DNA from: Flavobacteriaceae bacterium
GTDB taxonomy: Bacteria; Bacteroidota; Bacteroidia; Flavobacteriales; Flavobacteriaceae
Length of the DNA: 64,000 nucleotides
Direction of reading: 5' to 3'
NCBI GenBank assembly: GCA_947379965.1
Contig: CANCPC010000003.1
Span: forward strand, 21,153 to 85,152
Position numbers and translations under genes: made by a program. The notes under the pieces are model-generated. The model had not been told where the DNA came from. It made no database searches and saw only the letters and a program-made list of their open reading frames with translations. This document shows, in pieces, positions 60,262 to 64,000 of the stretch (its first letter is position 1; every line of letters starts with the position of its first letter).

Positions 60262-60661
60262 TGTGGAAGTTGTTATTTTGAACTTTTAAAATTTTAGTAT
60301 TCAAATTTCGGTTTTTTATTTGGACTTTCAAATCTAGCTTTTTAGTTATTGAAGGAGACAGATATTATCTAGTTTATTTTTTAACCAAATAGAAACATAG
60401 ATTTATAATTTTTAATTGAGCTAAGATTGACTTTTTTTTATATCATAGTTAGGTTAACTCAATTCCCGATTTACCACAATCAAGCATAGCAATTGAATTG
60501 TATAATTTTTTTATGTCTCTATGTCGTACATTTTATAAAACTAGATAGGTATAGGTTTTTATTGATAACAATCAAATGGTTTTGTAAGTCTATTTTTTTT
60601 CAAATTTTAAATCGCTTTTTTTGGTAGAAATATCTGATATAAATTAAAAAAATTGCATTTA

Positions 60662-60705
60662 ATCGGATAAATATGTATTTTATCGGATTATTGTTTTTAC
60701 ATTTG
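60662..60705 (+). promoter_or_regulatory. Candidate adhesin promoter: direct repeats plus -7 box
   Basis: atcggataa (60662) and atcggatta (60682), then TACATTTG (60698-60705). Confidence 0.4.
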
Positions 60706-61137
60706 TTTTTTGTTTACTGAAAAAAGATGGTGTTTGCTATAAAAATTGATTTTCTATTTTTTATGGGTTATAAAATTATATAATTCTTAAATTATTTTAA
60801 AAATTTTATTAATTAATCATTAGCAGTTAAATATTTGTTTTTCAGTATTTTAATAAAACGGGACTGTCTTTTTTGAGTCTCGCTTTAATACCAAAAAGAG
60901 ATTGCATTTTACCTCTTAAAAACGGTTATATAACGATTTTTTATGTATTTGAACGAATAAATTTCTGTTCCGGTCACACAGCTAGTAATTTTGTTTCAAA
61001 ATTAGTTTATATAGTAAGTTAGAACTAAGCAGAGAACGAAAACAACAAAATAATAAATTCAAAAGTCAATTTAAAAAAAGATACGTTTTGAATCCAAAAC
61101 CTCTTTTTTAAAAATAAATACGGTTACTATTAATTTT

Positions 61138-64000
61138 ATGAAACAATCCTACTTAAATTCAAAAAATAATCCTGCGGTATTTTTGTCTACATCAAAAACC
61201 ATGCGTTTAGTGTTGATGGTTTTTTTGTTTATATCAATAACTGTTTCAGCTCAAATTTCTAGAGTACAATCTGCTGTTGGAAACACAGGATCAAGTGCTT
61301 CAACATCAATTGTAGCTAACTTACCCTCAACCCCTGTTAATGGAAACACACTTATAGCCGTTATAACAACAAGAGGAACATCCACTAATAGAGTTTCGAG
61401 TATTTCATCTGGAGTTGGAGTCGTATGGACAAGAGCAGTTCAATCAACTGGTACCAACGGGACCACTACTGAAATTTGGTATGCTCCTAACGTTAGTAGT
61501 GCAGCAAAAACAATAACGGTTACACAAGCAAGTCTTTTTTCGGCAATGGTGGTGATGGAATATAGTAATATCGAGTTAAGTCCATTGGATCAAACGGCTA
61601 ATGCAACTGGTAATAATACAATAGGTTCGACAGGAACGACAGCTCCAACTACTCAAGCTAATGAATTGTTAATTGGGGGGATTGGTTTGGTAAGCAGTGT
61701 TTATACCTTAGGGACTCCTACAAATTCTTTTACTGTTATTACAAATACAGCTTCAACGAGCGGTACTTCGGGTAATAATGCTAAGATGTATGCTTTAGAA
61801 AAAATTGTTACAGCTACAGGAACTTTCAATTCAGCAGGTTCAATTACAAGTTCTCAATGGTCAGGAGCAATAGCAACTTTTAAAGCGAAAGTGCCAACTA
61901 TTACAAGTTTAAGTTCTACAAGTGGTTGTATAGGGACTACCATTACTATAAATGGTACAAATTTATTAGGCGCAGGTACAACAGCAGCTAATGTAAAAAT
62001 TGGAGGAACAGCAGTTTCTTCCGTAACGTCTAATTCAGGAACGCAAATAGTTGCTATTGTAGGTTCAGGAACAACAGGTACGGTTTCGGTAGCTTCCTAT
62101 GGTAGCACTATAACAAGTGCTGATACTTTTACAGTAAATGCTTTACCAGGAACACCAACGATTTCAGCAAGTGGCTCAACAACTTTTTGTGATGGAGGTA
62201 GTGTTATTTTAACATCAAGTGCATCCTCAGGAAACCAATGGTATAAAGGAGGAACACCAATTTCTGGAGAAACAGGAACAACTTATAATGCAACAACTAG
62301 TGGCACTTATACTGTAATTACAAATAATGGTAATTGTTCAAGTTCGGTTTCAGCAAATTTTCCAGTAACAGTTAGTTCTATTAGTATTGGAGGAACGACT
62401 TCATCAAACCAAACAATATGTAATGGAAGTTCGCCAGCTAACATTACCTTAACAGGTTCAACAGGTACTATACAATGGCAAAAATCGAACGATAATAGTA
62501 CTTTTACTACTATTTCTGGAGCTACTTCAACAACATTATCGAGTTTGCAAATAGGTACTTTGACAGATACTACTTATTTTCGTGCATTAGTAACTAGTGG
62601 AGGTTGTTCATCTGCGATTAGTTCTACTACATCGGTAACAGTTAATACAGTTGCTCCTATTATAGGATCAGATGTTATATGTATTGGTTGTTCTTCACCA
62701 ATGTCAAGTAAGACAACTGGAGGAACTTGGTCATCAAATAATACTGCAAAAGCTATTGTAAATAGTTCAACAGGAGTTGTTACTGGTATTGCTTCTGGAT
62801 CAGCAACTATTACTTATAGCGTTACCAGTAATGGTTGTACAACTGCAGTAAATAAAACAGTTATAGTTTCTACTGTTCCAGCGGATTTGTTTATTGAATT
62901 TACAATGGGTTCAAAGGATAAAACAGAAGCTATTTCTACAGTGAATTGTGGAGCTGTGGGGGGAGGATCTCAAAATGATGTTGATATTTATTATACTGGT
63001 ACATACAGACCAAGTGGAACAGCTACGTATCAATGGCAAGTCAGCTTCGATGGTATGGCAACTTGGGTTAATGCCCTGGGACCATCAAGCACTTTAAATC
63101 AATATGTTATGGATCCTGCTTATACTATTTATGAAAAAGTGGCTGGAATTTATTATTTTAGAGTAGTGATTACAGAGAATTATACCTATTCAGCGATAAG
63201 TGATTATCTTACTTTAACAGTTTCTGGTGGTATTGCTAATCTTACTCCGGGTACAATTACTGGAAATCAAGATTATTGTGTTTCAACAAACCCAACTGGG
63301 TTCAAAGAATCTGTTCCTGCAACAGGAGGTGATACGGCAAATAATCCCTATAAATACCAATGGCAATTTTCAACTGATAATATTAATTTTGTCGATTGTA
63401 CTACTGGTACTGGTCCTACTTCTAAATTATATGATCCTCTATCAATAACTCAAACAACCTATTATCGTCGTGTCGTGTCAACAGGAAGTTGTACAGCTAT
63501 TAGTAATACTATTGCTGTTGCTATTAGAGCTCCCGCACTTACTGTATCTCAAACAACATGTACTAGTGCTGGATCAATTACTGTAATAACGCCTGCTCCT
63601 GCAACCGGCGTTACTTATTATTTAACAGGTACAAATCCGGTGGTAGCTACTCAATCAAATCCAACTGGAGTATTTTCAAATTTAGCACCAGGAGTGTATA
63701 CGGTTTCATATATTATTACAAGTGGTTGTTCTTCTTTGAATACAACTGTAACTATAAATGGAATCCCTCCTTTGGCTTCTGTACCTTCTGCAAGTGTCAC
63801 TTTTCAACCTACTTTTTTTGTGCCAACAGGTATAATTACCGTATCACCTATTACTAGTGGATATACTTATAGTATAGATGGCATTAATTATACGAACACA
63901 ACAGGTGTATTCTATTTTGTTTCACCAGGTACTTATAATGTTACTGCTATGAATGGTACAGGATGTGTACCTTCGGCAGCAACAGTTGTTACTGTTAATC
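61138..64000 (+). CDS. Large Thr/Ser/Gly-rich surface adhesin, partial (IPT/TIG, Ig-like, BIG2-like and SprB-like repeats); not in ORF track
   Basis: Frame open from ATG 61138 (alternative 61201) to the window end; signal peptide ...ITVSAQ; PTITSLSSTSG..ITINGTNL; QWQ.S.D and TTYYRRVV repeats; GGTWSS..GVVTGIASGSATITY; FSNLAPGVYTV. Confidence 0.9.
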   Translation, partial: MKQSYLNSKNNPAVFLSTSKTMRLVLMVFLFISITVSAQISRVQSAVGNTGSSASTSIVANLPSTPVNGNTLIAVITTRGTSTNRVSSISSGVGVVWTRAVQSTGTNGTTTEIWYAPNVSSAAKTITVTQASLFSAMVVMEYSNIELSPLDQTANATGNNTIGSTGTTAPTTQANELLIGGIGLVSSVYTLGTPTNSFTVITNTASTSGTSGNNAKMYALEKIVTATGTFNSAGSITSSQWSGAIATFKAKVPTITSLSSTSGCIGTTITINGTNLLGAGTTAANVKIGGTAVSSVTSNSGTQIVAIVGSGTTGTVSVASYGSTITSADTFTVNALPGTPTISASGSTTFCDGGSVILTSSASSGNQWYKGGTPISGETGTTYNATTSGTYTVITNNGNCSSSVSANFPVTVSSISIGGTTSSNQTICNGSSPANITLTGSTGTIQWQKSNDNSTFTTISGATSTTLSSLQIGTLTDTTYFRALVTSGGCSSAISSTTSVTVNTVAPIIGSDVICIGCSSPMSSKTTGGTWSSNNTAKAIVNSSTGVVTGIASGSATITYSVTSNGCTTAVNKTVIVSTVPADLFIEFTMGSKDKTEAISTVNCGAVGGGSQNDVDIYYTGTYRPSGTATYQWQVSFDGMATWVNALGPSSTLNQYVMDPAYTIYEKVAGIYYFRVVITENYTYSAISDYLTLTVSGGIANLTPGTITGNQDYCVSTNPTGFKESVPATGGDTANNPYKYQWQFSTDNINFVDCTTGTGPTSKLYDPLSITQTTYYRRVVSTGSCTAISNTIAVAIRAPALTVSQTTCTSAGSITVITPAPATGVTYYLTGTNPVVATQSNPTGVFSNLAPGVYTVSYIITSGCSSLNTTVTINGIPPLASVPSASVTFQPTFFVPTGIITVSPITSGYTYSIDGINYTNTTGVFYFVSPGTYNVTAMNGTGCVPSAATVVTVN

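Overview
AT-rich Bacteroidota chromosome segment, most consistent with Flavobacterium (T9SS C-terminal sorting domains, TAnnTTTG -7 promoter boxes, separate atpD-atpC pair, panD-panC/glgA-like-DUF4270-glmS block). Most of the window is core genome: feoAB, SCO, M13 and M28 peptidases, metG, serS, rsmA, mgtE, proC, nhaA, xth, radA, panCD, glmS, atpDC, recX. No rRNA, tRNA, CRISPR array, integrase or intact transposase was seen. Most notable: (1) a five-gene cassette at 33-6897 (two metallophosphoesterases, an SHD1-TM-YHYH protein and a double-DUF1566 protein, all with T9SS-like tails, plus HupE/UreJ), downstream of feoAB, bounded by a direct repeat and preceded by an ECF-like promoter; (2) an ORF6N gene carrying a perfect 29-bp palindrome in its coding sequence that is echoed just upstream of its start; (3) a MocR regulator / TonB receptor / BioF-like trio in which both PLP-fold proteins lack the canonical Schiff-base lysine; (4) a Zn-finger gene divergent from a tailless SSB across 10-bp-phased repeats; (5) a 198-bp MITE with target-site duplication and several families of gene-less REP-like hairpins; (6) genes missing from the ORF track (FeoB-associated Cys-rich peptide, a >950-aa adhesin running off the right edge). 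All family assignments come from motif recognition by eye, not database searches.
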